This document shows, piece by piece, positions 40,343 to 50,400 of a stretch of 64,000 nucleotides of DNA. This stretch comes from Promethearchaeota archaeon (GTDB lineage Archaea > Asgardarchaeota > Lokiarchaeia > Sigyniarchaeales > SOKP01): positions 96,001 through 160,000 of the forward strand of contig RDOA01000002.1 of assembly GCA_011364925.1 (NCBI GenBank), read 5' to 3'. Within the stretch, counting starts at the first letter, position 1. Each line of letters starts with the position of its first letter. The notes under the pieces are model-generated. The model was not told the DNA's origin. It did no database searches and saw only the letters and a program-made list of their open reading frames with translations. The translations under genes were made by a program, and so were the position numbers.

Positions 40343-40385
40343 AAATTACTAATATAACAAACTATTAGGATAAGGGGATTCCTTT

Positions 40386-40946
40386 TTGGAGAATGATGAT
40401 ATAGATGAGAAATTTTTAAATGATTTAAATCGAAGTATTCAGAACGATCTTTCTAATGTTAACTCGTTAAGGGGATTTGAGATAATCTCTGAATCCTTAG
40501 TCTATAAAATCTTAGATCTTTTTGGAAGGAACACTCTGCTTTCTATGTTGTATCAAACCGGCTCTGCACCTGGAGAAAAGATTACAGAAATTATTCGTCG
40601 AAAATATGACAAAAACGATTTTACTATTTTTGAGGCAATAAGTTTTCTAATGAATGAATTAAAAGAATTTTATTCAATACAAATAAGGGAAGTCGAGGAA
40701 TATCAGGATCACCTTAGAATCATTATAGAAAACTTTTGCTTTTTAAGAAATCCCTATAGTCACCGAGAAAAATTACAGCCGGGTAAAGCTTTTTGTCGGA
40801 TCAATAAAGGGTATTTCGAAACAGCTTTCAGAAAATTATTAGGAGACAAGTTGAAAAAAGTAGAAATCAATTTTCTCTACGATGATCGAGAAAAAAATGT
40901 GTGCGTAGAGGAGATTGTTTTTTATCCTAATCATGAAACACTGTAA
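40386..40946 (+). CDS. V4R / Bet3(TRAPP)-fold-like protein
   Basis: LYQTG..PGE helix, then ENFCF...AFCRINKGYFE.A...C three-Cys V4R pattern. Confidence 0.6.
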   Translation: MENDDIDEKFLNDLNRSIQNDLSNVNSLRGFEIISESLVYKILDLFGRNTLLSMLYQTGSAPGEKITEIIRRKYDKNDFTIFEAISFLMNELKEFYSIQIREVEEYQDHLRIIIENFCFLRNPYSHREKLQPGKAFCRINKGYFETAFRKLLGDKLKKVEINFLYDDREKNVCVEEIVFYPNHETL

Positions 40947-40952
40947 ATTGCG

Positions 40953-41285
40953 TTAGAGAATATCTTTAAATTGAATGTGTAACAATTTCGCTAATTTTTG
41001 TTTCTTTTTCTCCATTAAGGGACCCGCAGCAGCTGTAGCGGGACCAATAGAGCCCATACCAAGGTTGTTATGGATTTCCCAGTAGTATTTTCTATAAATT
41101 CTTACCTTATTCGTTTGATCCTTTCTCACTTCTTCTAAAGCAGATTCAATAATTTTATCTGCAACAGCATCGAGCTCTTTCAATCTTTGATTAATATATT
41201 CCCCGGTTATGTCCTTCCCTGTAGAAGGATCTATAACATGTTGAGTTAAATTTTCATCTCGAGTTTGTCTATTTTTCTCATTCAT
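40953..41285 (-). CDS. Hypothetical protein
   Basis: 110-aa ORF with the motif GMGSIGPATAAAGP. Confidence 0.7.
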   Translation of the reverse strand: MNEKNRQTRDENLTQHVIDPSTGKDITGEYINQRLKELDAVADKIIESALEEVRKDQTNKVRIYRKYYWEIHNNLGMGSIGPATAAAGPLMEKKKQKLAKLLHIQFKDIL

Positions 41286-41320
41286 AAGATAGATAAAAAG
41301 TACTTGAATTAAACCTTAGC

Positions 41321-41338
41321 TACCTTTTTAAAAAGGTA
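41321..41338. promoter_or_regulatory. Perfect 18-bp palindrome in a divergent promoter region
   Basis: TACCTTTTTAAAAAGGTA. Confidence 0.45.
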
Positions 41339-41543
41339 CTTCTCCAATAGAACCAAAAACGGAGTCAATATTGGTTTCTTTTACTACAACAAAATGAGAA
41401 ATTAATTATAATCAAATAGATCATTCATTTTTACTTTTTTAGAAACGAAATGTCAAAGATTAAAAAAAAATTTGAATTAGATTACATACAACAATCTGAT
41501 TTTAAAAAACTTAAAAAGAAAATGTTAAAGTTGGTAGACAAAA

Positions 41544-42719
41544 ATGGTTGAAATTAAAAACATCGTATTGATTGGTGCTGGGTTAATGGGACACAATGCA
41601 GCCCAGATCTGTTTAATGGCGGGTTATAACGTCACTTTAGTCGATATTAGTGATGAATTTGTTAATGCTGGCGCTGCGAAGATTGATGAGGGTCTAAAAA
41701 AGCTTGAAGCAAAAGGATCTTTAGGTGAAGGTATTTCAGCTGCCAGCCTAATGGGAAATCTGAAAAAAACAACTGATCTGGCAAGTGCGGTAAAAGACGC
41801 TGATTTCGTTATTGAAGCCGTGGTCGAAAAAATGGATGTTAAAAAACAAGTATTTAAAACGTGTGACGAGAACGCTCCGCCTCATTGCATCTTAGCCACA
41901 AATACTTCAACGATGAGTATAACAGAAATAGGTAGCGTAACAAATAGGCAAGATAAAGTAATAGGGATGCACTTTTTTAATCCACCTATTTTAATGCGAT
42001 TAATAGAAATTATCGCTGGTGAAAAGAGTTCGGAAGAATCTATGAATACTGGTGTTGAATTAGGAGAGAAGCTGCCTTGCTTAAAAGGAAAGAGATTTGT
42101 TCCAAAAGTCTTAAAAGATCGTCCAGGATTTATTGTGAACCGCATGAATGCTCCAGTTCAAATTTATCTTAATTGGGTGTTTGATCAAGCGGCTGAAAAA
42201 GGAATCCCTTGGAATCAAATTGACGCTGACGCAGCTGGTTTAATGCCAATGGGACCTTGCGAGCTTGCAGATTATGTTGGTATTGATACAATGTTTCATG
42301 TCGGGAACTATTACACACAAACATTATCCCCAGATTTTAAACCAGGGAAAGTGATTACGAAAATGGTTGAAGAGAACAAACTTGGACGAAAATCTCCCCA
42401 AGGCTTTTTTGATTGGTCCGCAGGTAGACCTAAAATAGATAAATCTGTAAAAGCTGGATTGTTTAACGTTGAAAGTTCCATGGCAATCATGCTGAACGAA
42501 GGTTGCCGTCTATTAGAAGAGGGAGTCGTCACAGGATTTAAAGTAATCGATGAAGCGAACATGGCTGGGATGAACACGCCCGGACCTTTTGGAGCGGGAA
42601 AGAAAAATTTCGAAAAATGGTCACAACTTTTAGAAGATTTAGCAGATAAAACTGGTAAAGATTATCTCAGACCTTGTGAGCTTATGAAAACTGGTGGATT
42701 TGTGGACATGAGAAAATAA
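41544..42719 (+). CDS. 3-hydroxyacyl-CoA dehydrogenase
   Basis: IGAGLMG, VIEAVVEK..VK, ATNTST, GMHFFNP, PGFIVNR, PMGP.EL.D.VG.D. Confidence 0.95.
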   Translation: MVEIKNIVLIGAGLMGHNAAQICLMAGYNVTLVDISDEFVNAGAAKIDEGLKKLEAKGSLGEGISAASLMGNLKKTTDLASAVKDADFVIEAVVEKMDVKKQVFKTCDENAPPHCILATNTSTMSITEIGSVTNRQDKVIGMHFFNPPILMRLIEIIAGEKSSEESMNTGVELGEKLPCLKGKRFVPKVLKDRPGFIVNRMNAPVQIYLNWVFDQAAEKGIPWNQIDADAAGLMPMGPCELADYVGIDTMFHVGNYYTQTLSPDFKPGKVITKMVEENKLGRKSPQGFFDWSAGRPKIDKSVKAGLFNVESSMAIMLNEGCRLLEEGVVTGFKVIDEANMAGMNTPGPFGAGKKNFEKWSQLLEDLADKTGKDYLRPCELMKTGGFVDMRK

Positions 42720-42922
42720 GCAAAATTATTAACTTTATTTCACCTTATATTTCTCTTTTTTTTTCTATTCTGGTTTCACTACTTAACTAAACGAAATGGT
42801 TATAGTTTGCCCAAATCAAGTAATTGAAAAATTTGAAAGTTTTTAATTACTAAAGGATTACTACTTAATATTCACGAATCAAATTTTTTATAAATTAAAG
42901 AAACAAAAAGAGGTTAAAGAAA

Positions 42923-43867
42923 ATGACAGAATTTGAACATATTTTTATTGAATGGCCAACCAAAGTTGATGATCAAGGGAATATCATAAGAGAGGGAACA
43001 ATTGATGGCAATTACGCTGTAATTTCGATTAATCGACCCGATCGATTGAATGCGTTAACAGAGCAAACTGTTTCTGAAATTTCTAGAGCGTTAAGAATGA
43101 TGGAAATTGATAGTAGCGTTCGAGCAGTTGTTCTTCGAGGCACTAAGGAGTTTACAAAGAAACCAGCATTTTCCGCGGGAGCAGATTTAGCCGCTGCTTT
43201 TAGTCCTGGTCTAAGACCAAATATAACGTGGCACATGGCATTAGCGATGAGAATTAGGCATCGCGATTACGATGAGATCGAACAATTCTCGAAACCATTA
43301 ATTGCTGCTGTTGATGGATTTGCATACGGTGGTGGATGTGAACTAGTATTATGTTGTGATCTCGTAATTGTATCTGATAGAGCGAGTTTAGGACTCCCTG
43401 AGATCAATCGAGGTATTTTTCCTGCAAATGGAGGAGTGACTCGTATGGCAGAGAGAGTGGGAACTAATAGAGCTTTACAAATGGCGATGACGGGAGAACC
43501 AATCAGCGGTCAAATTGCACTTGAATGGGGTTTGGCTAATTGGATCGCTCCAGCGGGAGAAGAGTTTGAAAAACTCGTTCACGAGAAAGCTAAATGGTTT
43601 GGGAACGCTCCTACTACTGCGTTATTTGTGATAAAGAAGTGTGTGAAGTTTGGAACAAGGAACGTCCAGTTAGGATTAATAATGGAACAGATGGGTTTTG
43701 GAATCAATCAAGTCTCATTTGACGCGAAAGAGGGAATAATGGCTTTTAATAGGAAAATAAAGTGTCCTAAATGTGGTGGCAAAGGCAAATTTGAAGATGG
43801 TACTACTTGCGATGTCTGTAAAGGAAATAGAAAAGTAAAGGATACCCCTCATTTTAAAGGGGAATAA
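42923..43867 (+). CDS. Enoyl-CoA hydratase/crotonase with a DnaJ-type Zn-finger insert
   Basis: NRPDRLNAL, FSAGADL, KPLIAAVDG.A.GGGCE, LPEI..GIFP; CPKCGGKG..CDVCKG near the C-terminus. Confidence 0.92.
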   Translation: MTEFEHIFIEWPTKVDDQGNIIREGTIDGNYAVISINRPDRLNALTEQTVSEISRALRMMEIDSSVRAVVLRGTKEFTKKPAFSAGADLAAAFSPGLRPNITWHMALAMRIRHRDYDEIEQFSKPLIAAVDGFAYGGGCELVLCCDLVIVSDRASLGLPEINRGIFPANGGVTRMAERVGTNRALQMAMTGEPISGQIALEWGLANWIAPAGEEFEKLVHEKAKWFGNAPTTALFVIKKCVKFGTRNVQLGLIMEQMGFGINQVSFDAKEGIMAFNRKIKCPKCGGKGKFEDGTTCDVCKGNRKVKDTPHFKGE

Positions 43868-43938
43868 TCCATACCCATATTTTTTTTATACAATTTTTTC
43901 TTAAATTTTATTTCTTAGTATAAATTATTAATAAAATA

Positions 43939-44487
43939 ATGGAAAATATTGAATTAATCGAAGAAATCAGTGATGGAAACCTTTTCCTACGAAAAATTAC
44001 TCGAAACGACGCTTCTTTTTTTTATCTGAGTCTCAAAGAAAAGGAAATGACTAATTATCTCTCGTTAGGACCGTTAAATTCTTTCGAACATTCAAAAAGA
44101 TTGATAAAGAGCTATTTAAGATCTTGGGATAAGTATCTCCAATTTAATTATGTGATTGAATTAAGAGAATATGGTTCCATCAAACCAATTGGTTCAGTAA
44201 GTTTATGGGCAATAAACTGGTTCCATTCACGTTCCGAAATAGGGATTTGGATTGTTCCTAAATATTGGGAACAAGGCTTAGGCACAAAATCTATTATATT
44301 AATAAAAAACATCGCGTTTAACCACTTAAATTTGAATAGACTTGAGGCTCATATTGCCGTTCAAAATGAGAGATCTATTAGAATGTTTAAAAAATGTAGC
44401 TTTTTAGAAGAAGGCAAATTACATATGTATTTAAAGTTAAACGGAGAATTTCAGGATGCAATTATTTTATCCTGTCTAAACTCTTAA
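43939..44487 (+). CDS. RimJ/RimL-type GNAT acetyltransferase
   Basis: L.LRKI...D, EIGIWI..YWEQGLG, LNLNRLEA...N.RS..F.K..F..EG. Confidence 0.9.
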   Translation: MENIELIEEISDGNLFLRKITRNDASFFYLSLKEKEMTNYLSLGPLNSFEHSKRLIKSYLRSWDKYLQFNYVIELREYGSIKPIGSVSLWAINWFHSRSEIGIWIVPKYWEQGLGTKSIILIKNIAFNHLNLNRLEAHIAVQNERSIRMFKKCSFLEEGKLHMYLKLNGEFQDAIILSCLNS

Positions 44488-44930
44488 ATTAGATCCGGAC
44501 TTAGTTCGTAACTTTTTAAGACATTTTTAGCTTTCACAATATCATCTATTTCCGAAGAAAATGTCTTAAATTGAGAAAAATTCCCATTAAAATCGACCAA
44601 TTCTTTTTTATACTTAGTTAAAAACTTTTCAAAAACTTCCATAGCAATAGTGTCAATTATTTTTCTCTTCTGCTTCTTATTATCCACTTTACTATCGCAT
44701 TTAAAGATGAGGTGAAGATGAGAGTTCGGCTCAGTATAAAAATAAAAAACGCTTTTATTCATTTTTAAAGTATTTAAACTCTCGTTAAAACCGTATTTCG
44801 TAAAGCGACAAATTTGATCGAAATAGCTCGCAATCACCTGATAGTTCCGTTCAGTTATGGAATTACCTCGGAAATTGTGAAAGAATATTGGTACACCCTT
44901 GTTATTAAGAATAATAATCTCTTGGATCAA
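44484..44930 (-). CDS. Stand-alone longin-domain protein
   Basis: MIQEIIILNNKGVPIFFHNF...F..KY...F.GN...F..F..EID; same pattern as the longin part of 3205..4098. Confidence 0.78.
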   Translation of the reverse strand: MIQEIIILNNKGVPIFFHNFRGNSITERNYQVIASYFDQICRFTKYGFNESLNTLKMNKSVFYFYTEPNSHLHLIFKCDSKVDNKKQKRKIIDTIAMEVFEKFLTKYKKELVDFNGNFSQFKTFSSEIDDIVKAKNVLKSYELSPDLI

Positions 44931-45076
44931 TTTGTATCCAAAAATTATATTTACTTGTGGCTATATAAATCTTCGCTATAACAATATTGAAGAGTTTGAA
45001 TTAATTAACATACCTATTAATAGGGTAATAATTGACGAATTTACTAATGAATAAGTATAGTGTATGAATACATTCA

Positions 45077-46210
45077 CTAATTTTGATTTAAAGTTTTAAT
45101 TATACCCACAATTTTTTTAAATATTTTTAGAGATTCATCAAAGTTTTCTTTTTTTAAGGCTTCTATACCTTGAATGTTATAGTTCCGAATTAAGTTGCTC
45201 GTTTCGGCGATTTCAGAAATCTTATTTATTTTTTTCTCCAGAATTTCTATGTAACCCGAGTACTCGTCCAATTGATCTGCTTTTCCTATGAACCTTGAGA
45301 TTTTAATGATTTGATTAATGTTATTAATAGCTTCTCTAAATTGGTTTTGGGAAATATTTAAATTAATTCTTCCTTCTAATTCTTTTATATCCTCCACTAA
45401 CTTAAGATATTTACTCTCAGCATCAACAACATGCTTTAATTTAGCTTTCAATTTTTGGATGTAATCCGAAAAATCAGATTTTTGTAGCAGTTCTATTTTG
45501 GACTCTAAAATATTTCTTGCTTCATCAAATTCGTAATTATCAGTTAATTTTGAAACTCTTTTGATATTCAATTCTATATCTTCATTAAGATCGTATTTCT
45601 TCTTTAATTCTAAATATGTTGCTTCATATGTTTCCCATTTTTTAAGATTTTTTGAATCATTGAGCACATTTAACAAGTTTCTAGCTTTCTTCAATGCTTC
45701 TCCAGCTAAAAGAAGGTTATTTGTATTGATATAGCTATTGAATTGAATTTCTAGAGGATCAAGTTGCTTAATTAAATTTTTTTGGTTTTTTTGAAATGTA
45801 ATCCAGCGCTTTTCATCTTCAATAAATAAATCTCTTACTCGTTCAAAAGAATTAAGTTTCAAATCTCTTTCGTAGTATTGTTTAAAGTTTTGTATTAGGT
45901 CATGAGCTTCCACAACCTTTCCTTGAGTTACCAACTTTTCGTAATCTTCAATTAACTTTTCGAAGTCGCCTCTTACAGCAATGAAATCTTGATCACTCTT
46001 AGCTTGCGTGTAAAGCGTGGCGATAAGTTCATTTTCTTCTTCCACAACAGAATATAACTTAGCTTGTTTTGCAATATCCACAATTATTTTAGCAGTTTTT
46101 ATTGCCTCATCGTAATTTCCCATTAAGTAGTGGTTATTTGCGATAACCTTTAATTCATCGATTTTCGAGAGGACTTCAATCTTATTCTTGCTATCAATAT
46201 GTTCTTTTAT
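45077..46210 (-). CDS. Helical-repeat (TPR-like) protein paralogous to the C-terminal part of the gelsolin-domain protein; true start upstream of ATG 46123
   Basis: Frame stays open and homologous upstream of 46123; AGGAGG lies 5 nt before an in-frame ATA at 46210. Confidence 0.75.
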   Translation of the reverse strand: MKEHIDSKNKIEVLSKIDELKVIANNHYLMGNYDEAIKTAKIIVDIAKQAKLYSVVEEENELIATLYTQAKSDQDFIAVRGDFEKLIEDYEKLVTQGKVVEAHDLIQNFKQYYERDLKLNSFERVRDLFIEDEKRWITFQKNQKNLIKQLDPLEIQFNSYINTNNLLLAGEALKKARNLLNVLNDSKNLKKWETYEATYLELKKKYDLNEDIELNIKRVSKLTDNYEFDEARNILESKIELLQKSDFSDYIQKLKAKLKHVVDAESKYLKLVEDIKELEGRINLNISQNQFREAINNINQIIKISRFIGKADQLDEYSGYIEILEKKINKISEIAETSNLIRNYNIQGIEALKKENFDESLKIFKKIVGIIKTLNQN

Positions 46211-46227
46211 TTTTTCCTCCTCTCCAT

Positions 46228-47286
46228 TTATACTTTTTTCCTTGTTTCAGTAAACTCTAACTTTCGCACTATTGTTTCAAATATATCTATTGCTCGCGAT
46301 AGCTCCCCGCGTTCCATATTTTTAATTGCTACACCACTTAATTGTGAAACCTCACTAAGTAAATCACTTTTTATCTCATTATATCGGTTTTTTATTTGCT
46401 CTAATTTAATTGGTATTTTTCTGTCTACGAATCTTTGATGCATATTTTCTATACGAGCTAGGAACTCTTTTATTTCCCGCAAATTGTACTTGTTAGCACT
46501 TGGTTCAGATAATTTGGAAAAGATCTCAATTTCCTTTAAAAGTGAATCTTGCTCGATTTTTAATCGGTATACCAAATTTTCATCTTTTAATATGAGTTGC
46601 TGAGCTATTGGAAGTTTAAGTAGGTTGTATTTACTTTCGTATTTCTGCCTTAAATCTTCAACAAGTTTGTGAGCGTCGCGAAATTGTTCTTTATTTACCA
46701 ATTCTTCAAATTCTTTTATGGCTTGTTTGTATTGGAACTTAATCTCCTGAACCACTTCACTTGCGATTGCTCTTGATTTAGCTTCATCAATAAAGTTATT
46801 TTGATCTTGTTCAAGAGAATCGTCATTGATGCTTTTAGCTAATTTCATTATATCCTGAGCAACACTAATAGCACCAACATAGTCGTCTGAGATAAATAAC
46901 TTATCTGCTTTGCTTTTTAGTTTGCTTATCTCGGAGAGAATTGGTAAAAGTTTCGTTTCAAGAGCTTTAATACTAAAGCTCAATACATTCTCTTCAATAC
47001 CAACAACCTCTAGGAACTCTGGTGGTTCTAATCCCGATTCAACAGTAATATTCCTGATAATTTGCAATTCTGGATACTCTTGTGTAATATTCGTTCGGAT
47101 TTGGGGAATTTGGCTTTTTAAACTCTGGGATACTTTTTTTCCTATCCAGATATATAATCTTTTCAGATTCGGAACGTAAAAAGTTAAAATATTAAACAGT
47201 GTTAAGTTTCTTAGCAATTCCTCTGGAAGGATTTCATCAATGCCACCAGAGTAATTTAGCTTAAAAATTCTAATCTCAGAACTCAT
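46228..47286 (-). CDS. Gelsolin-like domain + helical-repeat protein
   Basis: RLYIWIGKKVS...TVESGLEPPEFLEVVG is the gelsolin/villin repeat signature (W.G..S; E.G.E...F). Confidence 0.78.
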   Translation of the reverse strand: MSSEIRIFKLNYSGGIDEILPEELLRNLTLFNILTFYVPNLKRLYIWIGKKVSQSLKSQIPQIRTNITQEYPELQIIRNITVESGLEPPEFLEVVGIEENVLSFSIKALETKLLPILSEISKLKSKADKLFISDDYVGAISVAQDIMKLAKSINDDSLEQDQNNFIDEAKSRAIASEVVQEIKFQYKQAIKEFEELVNKEQFRDAHKLVEDLRQKYESKYNLLKLPIAQQLILKDENLVYRLKIEQDSLLKEIEIFSKLSEPSANKYNLREIKEFLARIENMHQRFVDRKIPIKLEQIKNRYNEIKSDLLSEVSQLSGVAIKNMERGELSRAIDIFETIVRKLEFTETRKKV

Positions 47287-47409
47287 CTATGCAATTATTT
47301 AAGATTCAATACTATTTCAATTTTCTTCAGTAAGAATCTTAATTATAAACAAAATACAGAGAATAAAAAAAATAAAGATTAAAAAAAATATTTTGATATA
47401 TTTTGCCAG

Positions 47410-50400
47410 CTATTTCTTAATTTCTCCCATAAAATCTTTCGTTATTTGTGGCGGTTTAGAAATTTCCTCAGCAGGTTTCCCTTTCAATAATTTGGATGTT
47501 CTAGTAATTTCATTTTGGTATTCAACACTAAAAGCTTTTTTCCTCTCAGTTACATCAATTTTTGGACTCTTGGTTTTCTTCAGTGTTTTAGAGAATTTTC
47601 TAACCTTTCTAACAGATTTAGGATACTTGAATATTTTATGGTAAAGATACAAGTAAGTAACCAAGGCAACTGCTACTAATCCCCCGATTGCAGATAATAA
47701 TTGGAATAATAGTAATTCTCCTGACGGGATAATAACATTTACATGGATTTCATAAGGCGTAAAATCGTATTCATTACCTTTATATGCATTTATTGTGATA
47801 GTGACTGACTGTTGAATTCCCGTTATTGTCGCGGTATATACTCCATTATTGTCAGTTAAGAATCCAATGCCACCAGCCCATCTATATGTCACTTCAGCAC
47901 CTTTCACGAGACCACTAAAGTTTAAATTATGGATTTCAATTTCAAGATAAACTTCTTCGCCAGGTCTTATAGTTATAGTTGATTCTCCGGAAGTCGTTGT
48001 AATATTTGTCTGTATTCTTTCTACATTTACGTACAATTGTTGTATGAAAAACGACTCGAAATTTGCTTTCTCAGCAATTATTGTGAAGAGTTTTAATCCT
48101 ACTCCCAAAACAGATGTATTAATTGTTAATGAATACTGTTCTAAAGTTATATTTTCAATTAACAAATCTGCTAAATCTCCATTTAACTGAATAGTAGCAC
48201 CTGAGATATGATTTCCAGTTCTTACATCGCGATATTTGATTGTAAAAGTGAGAAGCGAACTTACAGTAAGTTCCATATAAGGATCTGTGGTCTTGGATAA
48301 TCCATTAATAAATAGCTCTCCAGTGGTCCCTCTTTCAATGATTTGGATGAAAAATTCGAATAGGGCAGTTTGGTAATTCTCAACTTGAGCGCGGATGACA
48401 ATTCTGTTCAAAGTGCTATTCAAATCGATTATTTCTAGCGTCAAATTGTAATATTCTAAAACTGCATTTTCTGTAAAGTATTCTTTATTAATTATATCAA
48501 CAGCAGCACCACCGAGAAACTCTTTCGTAATGTTATCCAGATATTTAACAGTTATATTTAATGTATCAGTAACTTCCAATTGGATGGTATCTCCATAATA
48601 ATATTGAGTTCCATTTAGAAAAAGGAGTACTTGAGTTTTCTTTTCATTTACAATAAGAGTTATAACTTCTGAGCTCAATGTGTAATTATCTGTTTTTGCG
48701 CTTATGGTTAAAAATTTAACTCCTACTCCTAAATCATCAGAAATTATTGTGATGTTATATTGATTAAATGTTAAATTCTCAGTGAAATTTTGTGGAATCC
48801 CAGATTCAATCAATCGTACATTCGCATTACTGATAAAAGAGTCTGTGCTTAAATCTTTATAAAACACAGTGATATTTAGACTCTCTCCAATTGAAATGTT
48901 ATAAAATTCAAAATTAGTTGACAGAAAACCATTTAAATAAACATCAACTTTACTGCCTCTCTCGGTAACTGAAACGGAAATGATTCTTGAAGAGAGAGTA
49001 TAATTCTCTTTATTGGCTGAAATCGTAAGGAAATTAATACCCAGAGCTAATATCGCTGTGTTAATATTCAGATTATAATCTAATGGCGAATTTTCTGTGA
49101 AATTCTCTGAAACACCTGTACCTGATAGTTGTACTGATGCTCCGCTTATAAAAGAATCAGTAAAACTGTCGTTAAAAGACACTGAAATGCTTAAAATTTC
49201 ACTCCAAGGAACTACGATAGATGTTGTCTCAATCCCGTTTAATATTATATTGTCTAAATATGAATTTCTCTCTTTTACTTCAATCTTGAAACGAATTGAT
49301 TGAGTAGTATAATTTTCTTTATACGCATTAACAGTAAGGAAACTGTTCCCTAAACCGAGATCTGTTGTGTCAATATTTATGAAATATTGATGATAAGAAG
49401 GAATTTCAGTGAAATTTTGTGGATTTCCTATTCCAACTAATTCAACAGTTGCTCCATCGATGTGTGTGTACGGAACTTGCTCAGTATCTCTGTACATTAT
49501 TGTAATATTACCACTATTTCCATATATCATTTCTACAGCCTTATCGAGAGTTTTATCAACACCATCAAGAAAAAGTAATAATTCTGTGTTTCTTTCAATT
49601 ACTTTTATATTTATTAACTCCGATATTGACTCATAGTATTTCTTACTTGCTTCAATCGAAAAGAAATTATTTCCAATAGATAATTCAGTTGAACTGAATA
49701 TTAAACTGTATTGATTAAAAATCAAACTTTCATTGAGAATCCTAGGTCCACCATCTCCTAATAGCCTTACTGTCGCATTAGGAATAAATGCATCTAAGCT
49801 ATCTTTATAGATTCCAGTGACATTTACATCATCGCCCATCGTAACTTCTATTGACTTTTCTAAAGTTTTATCCTGTGAATTTAAAAAAATCCCCAAACTG
49901 GTTGTGTCTTCTATGGTGTTCTTTGTATAATGAATCAAAAGCGATGCATTATCGATAGAGATAACATATTTCTGATCTAAAGAAAATTTATCTGCAAGAT
50001 AGACTTTAATTGAGAGCGTGATATTCACATCTTTTAAGATTAAGTTTGTGACATCAAAACCTCCAACTTTAGCCTCTTGAAATGTTGAAGTTGCCATACT
50101 TAATTTAATAGTTTCTGCATACTGGTTATTATTAATATATACTCTTAATTCTGAGTTTGGAGAATCTTCAGTCCAAGTTTTATCAATTTTATATTTAAAG
50201 TTTAGCGTAGCGTTGTTAATATCAATATTAGAACCACTAATCTTATTTCCAATTTGATTCCAGGAAAGCGAAGTAAATTGGTCAATATTTTTTTCATATG
50301 CAAAGGTTAAATTTACTGACTTTATGAGTAATAATCTCCAATTATCAGCATCTTGACCAAAATTGTCCTCGCACCAAATTCTCATTCCTATAGAGATTCT

